Assembly (NCBI GenBank): GCA_965661545.1 | Contig: CBFIEF010000004.1 | Coordinates: 1,831-65,830 of the forward strand | DNA length: 64,000 bases | Source of the DNA: Alphaproteobacteria bacterium | GTDB taxonomy: Bacteria > Pseudomonadota > Alphaproteobacteria > UBA7985 | Direction: 5' to 3' | Part shown: piece after piece, positions 1-9,479 of the stretch | How the letters are laid out: every line of letters begins with the position of its first letter | Position numbering within the stretch: position 1 is the stretch's first letter | The notes under the pieces: generated by a model | Database searches by the model: none | Told to the model about the DNA's origin: nothing | What the model saw: the letters and a program-made list of their open reading frames with translations, nothing else | Translations under genes and position numbers: made by a program

Positions 1-63
1 AGACGTCGCAGGCGTCCATGCAGCACGCACCCAAACACTCCCAATGGTTGTATTTGCCCGTCC

Positions 64-1458
64 ATGTCAGAATCCGCCCGCCTATCATCCCGAGCGCTCC
101 AACCCCTCACGCATCAACGCGTGTTCGCCGTCGCGATTCCGGCGTTTCTCAGTGGAATTACGGAGCCTCTGCTGTCTTTGGCAGATGTTGTGATCATGGG
201 CCAGCTTGAGACACAAGGACTTCAAGGCGGCGTAACAGCGGGCAGCGAGATTTTCGTTTTCACTCTTTGGACCCTCGGCTTCCTTCGGCTTTCCACCGGC
301 GGATATGCGGCTCAAGCCTTTGGTGAGCGAAACGAGCGCAAGCTGTTTGCCGTGCTGTGGCGCGGATTGTTGATCGCAGCCGTTGGCGGTGCTGTGATTG
401 CGGCCTTGGCGCCGCTGTTCTGGGGCCTGCTGAACAACTTGATGGGATGGCAGCCTGAACTGCGTCCCGCGTTGGAAGAATATCTGGGCGTCCGTGTTTG
501 GTCCGCACCGGCGGTGCTGTTCAGCTACGTGTGCTTTGGCTGGTTGATAGGGCAGCAGCGGACAGGTCTGGTACTGCTTCTGCAAGCGTTTATCAATCTC
601 TCCAACATTGGTGTCACATGGTGGCTGGTTTTGGGGCTGGATATGGGCGCTGGCGGCGCAGCGCTTGGCAGCGTGATTGCAAGTTACGCTGGCGTGGGGC
701 TGGGGCTGCTGATTTTGCTGATGCTGGGTTTGGCACGTCGGACGTCGTTACAAAGCCTGGAAGGGTTTTGGGAAGCCAAAATCTGGGTCACGCTATTCTC
801 TACTAATTCCAATTTCTTCCTGCGAAGTCTCGCCTTTGCCATCTCCTTCATGATCTTCTTCAAGGCAGCAGACTGGCTGGATCAATCTCAAGGGCTGGCC
901 GGCGTCAACGCCGATACTGTCGCCGTGCTGTGGCAGTATTTGGGGCTGATTGTCTTCGGCCTCGATGCCTTTGCCGTGGCTGCTGAGGCCTTTTCCGGAG
1001 AAGCGATTGGTGCGGGACGTCGGGAGCGCCTGCAAAGGGCGTCTCGCTTAGTGTTCTTTTGGGCCGGGATCAGCGCCATTGTCTGCGCCCTGCTGTCGCT
1101 GACAATCGGCTATTGGGCGTTGCCTTGGATCACGAAACTACCCGACGTGATCGCCCTATCGCGCGCGCTCATGCCCTATCTGGTCATCAGCGGCTTTATC
1201 ATGGCCCCAGCGTTTATGTTTGATGGCCTGTTTCTTGGTGGAACACGATCACTCGAAATGCGGAATTCAGTTCTGCTGGGTGGCGTGGCACAGATCCTGA
1301 CAACGGTCGCGCTGATGCCTTGGTTGGGCATTCATGGTCTGTGGTTGTCACTGGTGGCGTTCATGGTCGTGCGCGGGCTTTACCTGTACTGGCGCTATCC
1401 CGCCTTTGTCGCGTCCGTCCCACTGGCATCCTCAACCGACACAAATGCTAAGGCCTGA
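64..1458 (+). CDS. MATE family multidrug/oligosaccharide efflux transporter (DinF/NorM-like), 12-TM
   Basis: 464 aa hydrophobic ORF; N-terminal motif '…AIPAFLSGITEPLLSLADVVIMGQL…' typical of MATE transporters; 3' end overlaps convergent dusA by about 60 nt. Confidence 0.8.
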   Translation: MSESARLSSRALQPLTHQRVFAVAIPAFLSGITEPLLSLADVVIMGQLETQGLQGGVTAGSEIFVFTLWTLGFLRLSTGGYAAQAFGERNERKLFAVLWRGLLIAAVGGAVIAALAPLFWGLLNNLMGWQPELRPALEEYLGVRVWSAPAVLFSYVCFGWLIGQQRTGLVLLLQAFINLSNIGVTWWLVLGLDMGAGGAALGSVIASYAGVGLGLLILLMLGLARRTSLQSLEGFWEAKIWVTLFSTNSNFFLRSLAFAISFMIFFKAADWLDQSQGLAGVNADTVAVLWQYLGLIVFGLDAFAVAAEAFSGEAIGAGRRERLQRASRLVFFWAGISAIVCALLSLTIGYWALPWITKLPDVIALSRALMPYLVISGFIMAPAFMFDGLFLGGTRSLEMRNSVLLGGVAQILTTVALMPWLGIHGLWLSLVAFMVVRGLYLYWRYPAFVASVPLASSTDTNAKA

Positions 1459-2411
1459 CGCAACACATCCACACCAGCGGTCTTACTGGGCGCGTTTTCT
1501 GAGATGTAGCGCCGCCAGAGCCGCGCACCGGGCTGACTGTTGAACAGCCCCAAGATATGCCGCGTCATGGCATGCAGCGGGACGCCTTCCGAACGCTGCT
1601 CGTCAACGTAGGGCAAGAACGCCTCGATGACTTCATGACGCGTCTGCTGCGGTGCTTGATCGGTCGCGCCAAAGAGCCGCGCATCGACCTGCGATAACAT
1701 CCAAGGGTCTTGATAGGCCGCTCGGCCAACCATCACCGAATCCAGCCCAGCTGAGAGCAAATCAAGCGCTGTATCGAGGTCTTTCACACCACCATTGATG
1801 CCGATGTGCAAGTCAGGAAACTGCTGCTTCAGACGTTTGACGCGCTCATAATCCAGCGGGGGAATATCACGGTTTTCCTTGGGACTCAGGCCCTGCAACC
1901 ACGCCTTGCGTGCGTGCACAATAAACCGCTTACAGCCGCCAATCTCGCTAACCTGCCCGACAAAGTCAGTCAGCGCGGCTTCACTGTCTTGATCGTCAAT
2001 TCCGATACGGCATTTGACCGTCACAGGGATATCAACCGCCCCGATCATCGCTTGAACGTTTTCTGCGACCAAGCCCGGCTCAGCCATCAGGCAAGCCCCA
2101 AACGTCCCACGCTGCACGCGATCCGAAGGACAGCCAACGTTCATATTGATTTCGTCGTAACCCCAGTCCTGCCCCAACTTGGCCGAGGTCGCCATATCAG
2201 CAGGCTCCGAACCGCCTAGTTGCAGCGCCACGGGATGTTCAACAGCTGAGTAATCGAGGTGGCGCGGCACATCGCCGTGCAAGAGCGCGCCGGTGGTGAC
2301 CATTTCGGTATAAAGCAGGGCATGCTGGGTCAGCAGTCGATGGAAGACGCGGCAGTGCCGGTCCGTCCAATCCATCATCGGTGCTACACTGAAACGTGCC
2401 TGACTGGTCAT
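1395..2411 (-). CDS. dusA: tRNA-dihydrouridine(20/20a) synthase DusA
   Basis: Start taken at MTSQARFSVAPMMDWTDRHCR (ATG at 2411); TIM-barrel Dus motifs (…VAPMMDWTDRHCRVFHR…, …NVGCPS…) consistent with the DusA family. Confidence 0.85.
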   Translation of the reverse strand: MTSQARFSVAPMMDWTDRHCRVFHRLLTQHALLYTEMVTTGALLHGDVPRHLDYSAVEHPVALQLGGSEPADMATSAKLGQDWGYDEINMNVGCPSDRVQRGTFGACLMAEPGLVAENVQAMIGAVDIPVTVKCRIGIDDQDSEAALTDFVGQVSEIGGCKRFIVHARKAWLQGLSPKENRDIPPLDYERVKRLKQQFPDLHIGINGGVKDLDTALDLLSAGLDSVMVGRAAYQDPWMLSQVDARLFGATDQAPQQTRHEVIEAFLPYVDEQRSEGVPLHAMTRHILGLFNSQPGARLWRRYISENAPSKTAGVDVLRQALAFVSVEDASGTDATKAG

Positions 2412-2833
2412 AATGCTCACGGGTCGCAAGAGATTTTTGTTTCTGGAGCGCAACCTATCCCCGCTGCGGGCTGGCTGCAATCCTTAGGCAACCTCGCTGA
2501 CTGCAATCGGCCCGGATGCCTTGGTTTTAAGACCGAGACAGAACAATGATGGCCGGGTTGGTTTCGAATCGGGCAAGTGCGGGGAGGAATTGCAGGGTTT
2601 TTGGCGCAGCAATTATACGATAACCCGCACCGGCCCTTCGATATTCGTGTCTTGAGCGACCGCAGAAGTGCGATTTTCAGACACGGATGACCCGTAGGTC
2701 GACCTTTACGCCACCAACTCCGTTTATGTGGCTTAAAGAGCTGGCTTTCATGCACGCGTTGCAGGTGGACAAAGAGCGAGCCAGCCTCTAAACACGGCGT
2801 CTAATTCAAGAAGTCTCCAAAGGGAGCCCAGAA

Positions 2834-3571
2834 ATGGCACATAAAAAAGCAGGCGGTAGTTCGCGGAACGGTCGCGACTCAGAAAGTAAACGCCTCGGCG
2901 TAAAGCGCTACGGCGGCGAGCTGGTAACAGCTGGCAACATCATCGTGCGTCAGCGCGGTACGAAATTCCACCCAGGCACCAACATGGGCTTGGGCCGCGA
3001 TCACACCCTGTTCGCGCTTTCCGATGGTTACGTGAAGTTCCACGTAGGCCAGCGCGGTCGTTCTTTGGTGTCCGTCGTTGACGAGAACCCAAATACGCCA
3101 CCGTCCAGCAGCAAGAAAATTGGTGCGCCAACAGCTTCCGCAAAGGCAGCGGCAGCAGTAGCGGTTGCTTCTGCAGCAGTTTCCACGAAGGCTGAAGCGA
3201 AGAAAGCTGCACCAAAGGCTGAAAAGAAAGCCGCAGAGCCAAAGGCAGAAGCGAAGAAAGCTGAAGCCCCTAAGGCTGAAGAAAAGCCAAAGAAGGCTGC
3301 AGCAAAGAAAGAAAAGTTCGTCACGGACGCTCCAGCGCCGAAGAACCTGCTTTCCGAAGCGCCAGCTGACGTGGACGATCTGAAGAAAATCAAAGGCGTC
3401 GGACCAAAGTTCGAAGGTCTGCTGAACTCCTTCGGTATTTACCAGTACGCTCAGATGGCTGCTTTCTCTGCTAAAGACGTTGAGTGGCTTGCTGCTGAGC
3501 TTGGCTCCTTCCCTGATCGCATCGACCGCGATGAGTGGGTGAAGCAAGCGAAAGACCTCGCAAAGGGTTAA
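2834..3571 (+). CDS. rpmA: 50S ribosomal protein bL27 N-terminal domain fused to A/K/E-rich linker and C-terminal helix-hairpin-helix domain (245 aa)
   Basis: Residues 1-83 ([71 protein letters not shown]…) match canonical L27 almost residue for residue; then about 75 aa AKAAAAV…[25 protein letters not shown] low complexity; C-terminus '[31 protein letters not shown]…' has a GVGPK HhH signature; one uninterrupted frame; no rplU upstream. Confidence 0.8.
   Translation: MAHKKAGGSSRNGRDSESKRLGVKRYGGELVTAGNIIVRQRGTKFHPGTNMGLGRDHTLFALSDGYVKFHVGQRGRSLVSVVDENPNTPPSSSKKIGAPTASAKAAAAVAVASAAVSTKAEAKKAAPKAEKKAAEPKAEAKKAEAPKAEEKPKKAAAKKEKFVTDAPAPKNLLSEAPADVDDLKKIKGVGPKFEGLLNSFGIYQYAQMAAFSAKDVEWLAAELGSFPDRIDRDEWVKQAKDLAKG
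3118..3312 (+). repeat. imperfect in-frame tandem repeats encoding the (A/K/E/P)-rich linker
   Basis: 'gaagcgaagaaagctg' recurs at about 3193 and about 3249; repeated gct/gca/aag/gaa codon blocks. Confidence 0.5.
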
Positions 3572-3595
3572 ACCACCCCGCGATACGATATACGC

Positions 3596-3636
3596 AAAAA
3601 GGCCCGCTGGATATTCGATCCAGCGGGCCTTTTTCG
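3596..3636. terminator. bidirectional intrinsic terminator between the L27-fusion gene (+) and the aldehyde dehydrogenase gene (-)
   Basis: aaaaaGGCCCGCTGGAtattcgaTCCAGCGGGCCttttt: 11-bp perfect stem with 7-nt loop, A-tract 5' and T-tract 3'. Confidence 0.75.
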
Positions 3637-3655
3637 TGGCTTGAACTCTGGGCTG

Positions 3656-5107
3656 CTAATACGAGCCCTCAAACTTTGACAGGTCCATATACGTCGAGCG
3701 CACCTCGGTATAGCCCTCTAGTGCGAAGCGGCTGTTTTCACGGCCAAAGCCGCTTTGCTTCGACCCACCAAAGGGCATATCGGGCGGGCAAATGTTGTAG
3801 GTGTTGACCCAAACCGAACCGGACACCAGCTGGACCGCAACGCGGTGCGCGCGGGCGAGGTTGGTGGTCATCAATCCGGCACCCAAGCCAAAGAACGTAT
3901 CGTTCGCCCGGCGAACCGCCTCATCTTCATCATCAAAGACCAAGACCGACATCACGGGGCCAAAGATCTCCTCTCGCACAATCCGCATGTCATCCGTACA
4001 GCCAGAAAACACAGTTGGCTCAACGAAGTAGCCGTTCTCGAACCCTTGCGGAGAAACGCGGTTCCCCCCGGCCAAAAGGGTCGCCCCCTCGTTTTTGCCG
4101 ATTTCGATGTATTCCATAACCTTGTTCAGGTGTTCTTCGGAAATCAGCGCACCCATGTGGACCTCTGGATCCATGGGATCACCGACGCGAATAGTCGCCG
4201 TTCGGCGGGCGACTTCAGCCAGAAACTTATCGGCGATGGAGCGGTGTACGAACACGCGCGTCCCGTTCGAGCATACTTCACCCGACGTATAGAAGTTGGC
4301 CGAAAGCGCAACGCCAACGGCATCGTCAAGATCGGCATCTTCGAAGACAATCAACGGCGACTTTCCACCAAGCTCCAGCGTCACCTTCTTCAGCGTGTCC
4401 GCGGCCTGTTTGATGATGAGTTTACCTGTATCGATACCGCCGGTCAGTGAAACCTTGGCGATGCCCGGATGTTCACAGATCGCGCGACCAATGACATGAT
4501 CGCCCTGAACCACGCTAAACAAACCACTGGGCAAACCGGCCTCGTGCAGTGCATCAGCAACCTCATAGGCCGTAAGCGGCGTCTCCTCGGAGGGCTTGAG
4601 GATAAACGCGTTACCTGCGGCCAATGCCGGTGCAGCCTTCCAGCAGGCGATTTGAGTGGGATAATTCCACGCGCCAATACCAGCGCAAACGCCCAGCGGA
4701 ATGCGCTGTGTAAAGCCTACGGCGCCGGGATAGGTGTGATAGGTGCCGGGCATGTCTCGGGCGATACCGCCGAAGTATTCCAACGCGTCAGGACCAGAAG
4801 GGACATCGCCGCTTTCCGCTTCTGCGATGGCTTTGCCCACGTCTTGCACCTCAACTCGAGCCACCTGCTCGTTGCGGTCTTGAAGGATTTTCGCCGCCCG
4901 TAACAGGATCCGCCCGCGCTCGGTACCACTGGTCGCGGCCCATGCCTTTTGCGCCTCAGCAGCTTCAGCCACGATCTCGTCAAGCATGGCCGGTGAGGTT
5001 GGCTCGATGCGGGCGATGACTTCGCCAGTGGCTGGATAAATCTTGTCAAACGGCTCCATCCCGGAATGCCGTGGTTGTCCACCAACATAAGTGTGCTTCG
5101 TAATCAT
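3656..5107 (-). CDS. NAD(P)-dependent aldehyde dehydrogenase family protein (betaine-aldehyde dehydrogenase-like)
   Basis: 483 aa; ALDH superfamily motifs (…ELGGKSP…, …EEIFGPV…, catalytic Cys in …TSGEVCSNGTR…). Confidence 0.85.
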   Translation of the reverse strand: MITKHTYVGGQPRHSGMEPFDKIYPATGEVIARIEPTSPAMLDEIVAEAAEAQKAWAATSGTERGRILLRAAKILQDRNEQVARVEVQDVGKAIAEAESGDVPSGPDALEYFGGIARDMPGTYHTYPGAVGFTQRIPLGVCAGIGAWNYPTQIACWKAAPALAAGNAFILKPSEETPLTAYEVADALHEAGLPSGLFSVVQGDHVIGRAICEHPGIAKVSLTGGIDTGKLIIKQAADTLKKVTLELGGKSPLIVFEDADLDDAVGVALSANFYTSGEVCSNGTRVFVHRSIADKFLAEVARRTATIRVGDPMDPEVHMGALISEEHLNKVMEYIEIGKNEGATLLAGGNRVSPQGFENGYFVEPTVFSGCTDDMRIVREEIFGPVMSVLVFDDEDEAVRRANDTFFGLGAGLMTTNLARAHRVAVQLVSGSVWVNTYNICPPDMPFGGSKQSGFGRENSRFALEGYTEVRSTYMDLSKFEGSY

Positions 5108-5150
5108 GAAAAAACCGCCCTTCCGACTTTGTCTCAGAGGGGCGGTTTAG
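5108..5150 (-). terminator. intrinsic terminator for the minus-strand gene ending at 5180
   Basis: Minus-strand RNA: aaaCCGCCCctctgagacaaagtcggaaGGGCGGtttttt; it abuts the ALDH start codon. Confidence 0.6.
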
Positions 5151-5179
5151 CATTAGGTCAGAGCCAAAGACAGACGGTT

Positions 5180-5602
5180 TTACGGAACCCGCACAATCCG
5201 CCCAATCCCCCAGCCCAAGCCCAGCAGCACACCACCAAAAGCGGCAACTGTTACCGGCATTTGAAACAGCACGGGACGGACAACATTGAACCAAGGGTCC
5301 GTTGGGTTCGGCAGCCAGAAGAACAACTTTCGCTCAATCAGCACTTGGAACAAGTCCAGGCTGAAATTGTGGGCGAGGTACCAAATATCCATGATCTCCA
5401 GCGTGAGGGCTGTGATCGGGTTAGAGATGAAAATTCCAACCCCATAAGCCACAAGTGCAACGGCAAGGCTGGCAATGCCCACGATCCGCAGCCCCAGCGC
5501 AAGCCAACTCAGACCACGACGCACGATGATGTCGCGGCGGCTGAGTTTCGGTCCTTTGGCGCGGGGTTTTGACTTTGATGCAGGGCGCGATGCAGCGGCC
5601 AT
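5180..5602 (-). CDS. hypothetical small membrane protein (about 3 TM, basic N-terminus) downstream of msrP
   Basis: 140 aa, MAAASRPASKSKPRAKGPK… then hydrophobic segments; 12-nt gap after msrP; lacks the heme-ligand His pattern of MsrQ. Confidence 0.45.
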   Translation of the reverse strand: MAAASRPASKSKPRAKGPKLSRRDIIVRRGLSWLALGLRIVGIASLAVALVAYGVGIFISNPITALTLEIMDIWYLAHNFSLDLFQVLIERKLFFWLPNPTDPWFNVVRPVLFQMPVTVAAFGGVLLGLGWGIGRIVRVP

Positions 5603-5614
5603 GTCTCTGGTTCC

Positions 5615-6586
5615 TTAGAAGAAGACCGAACGGTCAGAATCGCGGCCTGCGTACAGGGATGCAACTTGGTTGGCGTAGCCGTTGTACAGCAGCGTTGGGA
5701 TCTGCTTGCCACCCTGCCCGATGTCACGTTCTTGCGCTTGGCTCCAGCGGCGGTGCGGGACATCTGGGTTTACGTTGGCAAAGAAGCCGTACTCAGACGG
5801 CCCGCTGGCCATCCAGAACGTCGTTGGCATTTCGGAAACAAAGTCGATCCGCGTGATGCCCTTGTTGTGCTTAAAGCCGTACTTCCACGGAACCGCCAAG
5901 CGCATGGGCGCGCCGTTCTGCTTGGGCAGCGGCTCGCCATACAGGCCGGTTACCATGAACGCGAGATCGTTGGTCGCTTCCTTGAGCTCTAAGCCCTCCA
6001 CATAGGGGAACGGCCAGCGGCTGCGGTACTGGTTACGCGCTTCTTCTGGACGATCGAAGGACGTGAGCACCACATACTTTGCATCTGAGGTTGGATCGGC
6101 CAGCCGCACTAACTCCTTGAGCGCAAAGCCGGACCACGGCACGACCATCGACCACGCTTCAACGCAGCGGTGACGGTAGATGCGCTCTTCAATCGGCATT
6201 TTTCGAACCAGCTCTTCGAAATCAAGCGTCATCGGGTTGTTCACCAAACCGCCAATTTCGACCGGCCACGGATCCGTCGTCAGCTTCTGCGCGTTTTTCG
6301 CAATCTTCTTCGACGTGCCGAATTCATAATAGTTGTTGTAGGTCGAAGCCGTCTTGAAATCTGTCAGAGGGCGATTGTTCAGCGTTGTGGCGTAGTTAGG
6401 GTTCCTGCGCGCAGGGTAGAGATCGCTGGTGTCACCAAGAGCCGGCATGGCGCCCGACAGCGCGAGGCCCGCACCGACAGAGCCGATGCCGAGGCCTTTT
6501 AGGATGGCGCGGCGGTTTTGGTACGTTGTTTGGTCAGTCGCTGCGCTCTCTGGCAGCCACCAGTCGGGCCGGATGATTGGCTTCAT
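5615..6586 (-). CDS. msrP: protein-methionine-sulfoxide reductase catalytic subunit MsrP (YedY, molybdopterin, Tat-secreted)
   Basis: Start at MKPIIRPDWW…; Tat-like 'RRAILKGLGIGSVGAGLAL'; sulfite-oxidase-family molybdopterin domain motifs. Confidence 0.85.
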   Translation of the reverse strand: MKPIIRPDWWLPESAATDQTTYQNRRAILKGLGIGSVGAGLALSGAMPALGDTSDLYPARRNPNYATTLNNRPLTDFKTASTYNNYYEFGTSKKIAKNAQKLTTDPWPVEIGGLVNNPMTLDFEELVRKMPIEERIYRHRCVEAWSMVVPWSGFALKELVRLADPTSDAKYVVLTSFDRPEEARNQYRSRWPFPYVEGLELKEATNDLAFMVTGLYGEPLPKQNGAPMRLAVPWKYGFKHNKGITRIDFVSEMPTTFWMASGPSEYGFFANVNPDVPHRRWSQAQERDIGQGGKQIPTLLYNGYANQVASLYAGRDSDRSVFF

Positions 6587-6733
6587 CAGACGTCTCCCCG
6601 TGTTGAACTTGCAGGTATGTCTCCAAAGCCAATGTAGAGCGTTTTTCACGCAATGCGACACACAACGGCAAACAAGTCCTCACGCCTTGGTGACCTGAAG
6701 ACTATTTTTGATGCCAGCGCGAATGCCGGGGGC

Positions 6734-7630
6734 TTAGACTTCGGGGTCGTCCAGCCCCAAAGACCGGTGCGCCGCTGTGAGGGTGTTCGCGAGCAAGCAG
6801 GCAATGGTCATAGGGCCAACGCCACCCGGAACTGGTGTGATGGAACCCGCATGGCCCAAGCACTCGTCAAAGGCTACGTCGCCCACAAGTTTGGTCTTGC
6901 CGTCATCCTTCGGGATCCGATTGATGCCTACGTCAATCACACACGCACCGTCGCGCACCCAATCGCCGCGAACCATCTCAGGACGGCCAACGGCGGCCAC
7001 GAGGATGTCAGCGGTCTTGCAAAGCGCCTGCAAGTCCTTGGTGCGAGAGTGCGCCACAGTAACCGTTGCATTGGCGCCCAGAAGCAGTTGCGCCATTGGC
7101 TTGCCAACAATGTTCGAGCGGCCAACGATCACAGCATTTGCGCCAGAAATATCGCCCAGCGTGTCTTTGATGAGCATCAGTGAGCCCCATGGCGTGCACG
7201 GAATGATCGGCTTGTTGCGGCCTGTTGAGCCAATAGACAAGCGGCCTACGTTGACCTCGTGAAAGCCGTCTACATCCTTTTCCGGGATGATCCGGGCCAA
7301 GATGGAATCGCTGTCGATGTGCGCGGGCAGTGGCAGCTGAACCAGAATGCCGTGGATCTTTGGATCCGCGTTCAGCTCATCGATCAAGCTTTCGAGTTTG
7401 GATTGCTGCGTGTTCACCGACAGCTCGTGGTGGATGGACTCCATACCGGCTTCAGCGGTCTGCTTGACCTTGTTGCGCACGTAGACTTGGCTGGCAGGGT
7501 CTTCGCCGACAATCACAACGGCAAGACCCGGCTTGGCGCCATGGCTGCTCATCAACGCATCAGCGCCGGTTTTCACGCGTCCACGCAGACCGGCTGCAAA
7601 AGCTTTGCCGTCAATCAATTTTGCCGTCAT
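6734..7630 (-). CDS. folD: bifunctional methylenetetrahydrofolate dehydrogenase/methenyl-THF cyclohydrolase FolD
   Basis: 298 aa; [19 protein letters not shown]…[23 protein letters not shown]… is a textbook FolD N-terminus. Confidence 0.9.
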   Translation of the reverse strand: MTAKLIDGKAFAAGLRGRVKTGADALMSSHGAKPGLAVVIVGEDPASQVYVRNKVKQTAEAGMESIHHELSVNTQQSKLESLIDELNADPKIHGILVQLPLPAHIDSDSILARIIPEKDVDGFHEVNVGRLSIGSTGRNKPIIPCTPWGSLMLIKDTLGDISGANAVIVGRSNIVGKPMAQLLLGANATVTVAHSRTKDLQALCKTADILVAAVGRPEMVRGDWVRDGACVIDVGINRIPKDDGKTKLVGDVAFDECLGHAGSITPVPGGVGPMTIACLLANTLTAAHRSLGLDDPEV

Positions 7631-7728
7631 GGATCTCGTCCTTGAATGAATAAGTGTCAGTTTCTGGGGCCGACCTTAGCCCCCTGCCCAACAAAAACAT
7701 TCACCAAAACGACAGGCAATTGCAGGCT

Positions 7729-8040
7729 TTAGCCGTTTACGATCTGAAGCGCCCATGTGCTGAGGAACTGACGCAGCAGCCACAGGCCACCGAGAAGCAC
7801 AATCGGGGCAATATCAATGCCACCAAATTGCGTTGGGATCACGCGGCGGATCAGCGACAGCAGCGGGTCAATAAGCGAATGCAGACCCGTGTAGACCTGG
7901 CTAACCACTGGGTTGAAGGCAAAGCCGACATTAAAGACGCGGAGCCAACCAATGACGATGTACACAATGAGGATGAAGTTCAGGATCGAAATGGCAAAAT
8001 CGAGAGCCTGGACGATTGTGAACAGTGCAGCGACGAACAT
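7729..8040 (-). CDS. YggT family membrane protein
   Basis: 103 aa, 2-3 TM, '…LNFILIVYIVIGWLRVF…' resembles YggT/Ycf19. Confidence 0.65.
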   Translation of the reverse strand: MFVAALFTIVQALDFAISILNFILIVYIVIGWLRVFNVGFAFNPVVSQVYTGLHSLIDPLLSLIRRVIPTQFGGIDIAPIVLLGGLWLLRQFLSTWALQIVNG

Positions 8041-8117
8041 AGGTTTTTCCCAGAGCTAAAAGTGTTGCGCCCTGCATATGGGGCAAAACCGTTGGAAATT
8101 CGAGGGTAAATCTTTGA

Positions 8118-9335
8118 CTAGGCTGCCGCGGATAGGCTCAAACGGTCCCACGTCGCTTTCAACGCCTCAACCAGATTATCCATATCTGCGTCCGTGTGCA
8201 TCGGCCCCGGCGTAAAACGAAGACGCTCGGTTCCGCGCGGCACAGTCGGGTAATTGATTGGCTGAACGTAGATGTTGTGATCTTCAAGCAGGATGTCAGA
8301 AGCTTCGCGGCATCGGCGCGCGTCACCAACCAGAACCGGAACGATATGGCTTTCCGACATCATAAACGGCAACTGTGCCGCCCGTAGCTTGCTCTTAAGC
8401 GCCGCTGCCCGTTCCTGAAGCTTCAGGCGCTCTTGCTGGCTGTCTTTAAGGTGTCGCACAGCTTGCAGCGCGCCAGCGGTCAAAGACGGTGGCAGCGCAG
8501 TGGTGAAGATAAACGCCGACGCGTAGGAGCGCACGAAGTCTACAATGTCGCTGTTCGCGGCGATGTAACCGCCCATGCAGCCAAAGGCCTTCGCCAGCGT
8601 GCCCTCGATCACGTCGATCCGGTGCGCCTGCTGATCGCGCTCAGAAACCCCACCTCCGTGCAGACCATAGAGGCCCACTGCGTGCACTTCATCGAGGTAA
8701 GTCAGCGCGTTATATTTCTCCGCCAAGTCACAGATCGTCCCAATCGGCGCAAAGTCGCCTTCCATGGAATAGCAGGACTCGAACGCAATAATCTTTGGGC
8801 GGTCGGGGTCGAGCATCCGCAGCTTGGATTCCAGATCCGCCATGTCGTTGTGCTCAAAGATCACCTTTTCCGCTTTGGACCATCGCATCGCTTCGATCAT
8901 CGAGGCATGATTCAAGCGGTCGGAAAGAACCACGCAATCCTTCAAGTTCGCTGCGAGTGTGCCCAGTGCGGCCAGATTGCTGACGTAGCCAGAGGTGAAG
9001 ATCAAACCCGCTTCTTTGCCGTGCAGATCAGCTAACTCGCGCTCAAGCGCGACATGCAGGTGGTTGGTGCCGGAGATGTTCCGTGTGCCGCCAACGCCAG
9101 CGCCTTGCTCCAAGGCAGCATCCGCCATGGCTTGCTGCACGGTCTCATTCTGTCCCATGCCCAAATAGTCGTTCGAGCACCATACGGTGATCTCTCGCGA
9201 TTGCCCGGTCAGGGGATCACGATACATCGCTTTGGGGTGTTTGCCTGATACACGTTCAAGATTGGCAAAGACGCGATAGCGCCCTTCTTTGTGCAGGGAA
9301 GACAGACTGTCGGCAAAAAAAGAAGCGTAGTCCAC
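8118..9335 (-). CDS. hemA: 5-aminolevulinate synthase (ALAS)
   Basis: 405 aa; [40 protein letters not shown]… matches the alphaproteobacterial HemA N-terminus; PLP-dependent aminotransferase class II; initiation codon is GTG (gtggactac). Confidence 0.9.
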   Translation of the reverse strand: MDYASFFADSLSSLHKEGRYRVFANLERVSGKHPKAMYRDPLTGQSREITVWCSNDYLGMGQNETVQQAMADAALEQGAGVGGTRNISGTNHLHVALERELADLHGKEAGLIFTSGYVSNLAALGTLAANLKDCVVLSDRLNHASMIEAMRWSKAEKVIFEHNDMADLESKLRMLDPDRPKIIAFESCYSMEGDFAPIGTICDLAEKYNALTYLDEVHAVGLYGLHGGGVSERDQQAHRIDVIEGTLAKAFGCMGGYIAANSDIVDFVRSYASAFIFTTALPPSLTAGALQAVRHLKDSQQERLKLQERAAALKSKLRAAQLPFMMSESHIVPVLVGDARRCREASDILLEDHNIYVQPINYPTVPRGTERLRFTPGPMHTDADMDNLVEALKATWDRLSLSAAA

Positions 9336-9479
9336 GTTCTGGTCTCGTAGCTTTTGCGGTTGACCTTAGATTAAGTGCGTGAGACGGCCCTTACCAGTGC
9401 GTCATTATGCAAGGGAGCTTCTTAGGAGACGCGACCGAGCGTTGAGGACACACGTTTACGGATCCAAGAAGGACAAAAC

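Noticed and set aside
2545-2580. tRNA-like T-loop sequence (GGTTTCGAATC) in the dusA-rpmA spacer
   Set aside because: No flanking acceptor stem, D-arm or anticodon arm could be built around it; an isolated T-loop-like heptamer is expected by chance at this GC content.
3028-3393. 121-aa minus-strand ORF and other ORFs overlapping the L27-fusion linker
   Set aside because: Produced by the repetitive Ala/Lys codon tract, which is open in several frames. No independent support.
5180-5602. Calling the ORF downstream of msrP as msrQ
   Set aside because: It is only 140 aa with about 3 TM and lacks the conserved haem-ligating histidines and the length (about 200 aa, 5-6 TM) of MsrQ/YedZ. Kept as hypothetical.
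9360-9400. FNR-like box (TTGACcttaGATTAA) upstream of hemA
   Set aside because: It does not fit TTGAT-N4-ATCAA (the right half-site is wrong). Likely coincidental.
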